A stretch of 64,000 nucleotides of DNA from the human T2T-CHM13v2.0 reference genome, Homo sapiens. Under the pieces are notes generated by a model. It had not been told where the DNA came from. It saw only the letters and a list, made by a program, of their open reading frames with translations, and did no database searches. The stretch lies in assembly GCF_009914755.1 (NCBI RefSeq), contig NC_060947.1. One strand, given 5' to 3'. Each line of letters opens with the position of its first letter. The first letter of the stretch is position 1. Position numbers and translations under genes: made by a program. Shown here piece after piece: positions 63,841 to 64,000 of the stretch.

Positions 63841-64000
63841 CGTATTAGTCCATTTACGTTGCTATAAAGGAATACCTGAGACTGGGTAATTTATAAAGAA
63901 AGAGGTTTATTTTGGTTCCCAGTTCTGTAGGCTGTACAGGAAGCATGGTGATGGCATTCATTTCTGGTGAGGGCCTCAGGAAGCTTACAGTCATGGCACA
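63841..64000 (-). mobile_element. MST (MaLR, MSTA/B-like) LTR, truncated by the window edge
   Basis: gtattagtccatttacgttgctataaaggaatacctgagactgggtaatttataaagaaagagg. Confidence 0.9.

Overview
Primate (human-like) genomic DNA that is very rich in L1 and other repeats. It contains no recognisable intact protein-coding gene. The ORF-track entries are L1 ORF1/ORF2/ORF0 remnants, Alu-derived frames, microsatellite frames or chance ORFs. The window holds three full-length or near full-length decayed L1s (L1PA5-like +, L1PA7/8-like -, L1PB/L1MA-like -), three twin-primed (5'-inverted) L1s, ten Alu-derived inserts, two solo ERV LTRs nested in L1s (MER11 and an LTR6-like ERV1 LTR), MaLR/ERVL LTRs, and many MIR/L2 relics. 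A few strong + strand splice signals in unique DNA suggest an intron or 5' region of a long + strand gene, which I could not identify. I found no new biological system. The most notable observations are: shared rare variants between oppositely oriented L1s of different subfamilies (probable local gene conversion), a TSD-bounded L1 3' transduction apparently ending at an LTR polyA site, a four-copy tandem Alu left-monomer array inside one TSD, locally templated insertions, and a candidate recursive splice site or 45-nt exon. Subfamily names come from recalled diagnostic motifs and need RepeatMasker/Dfam confirmation.
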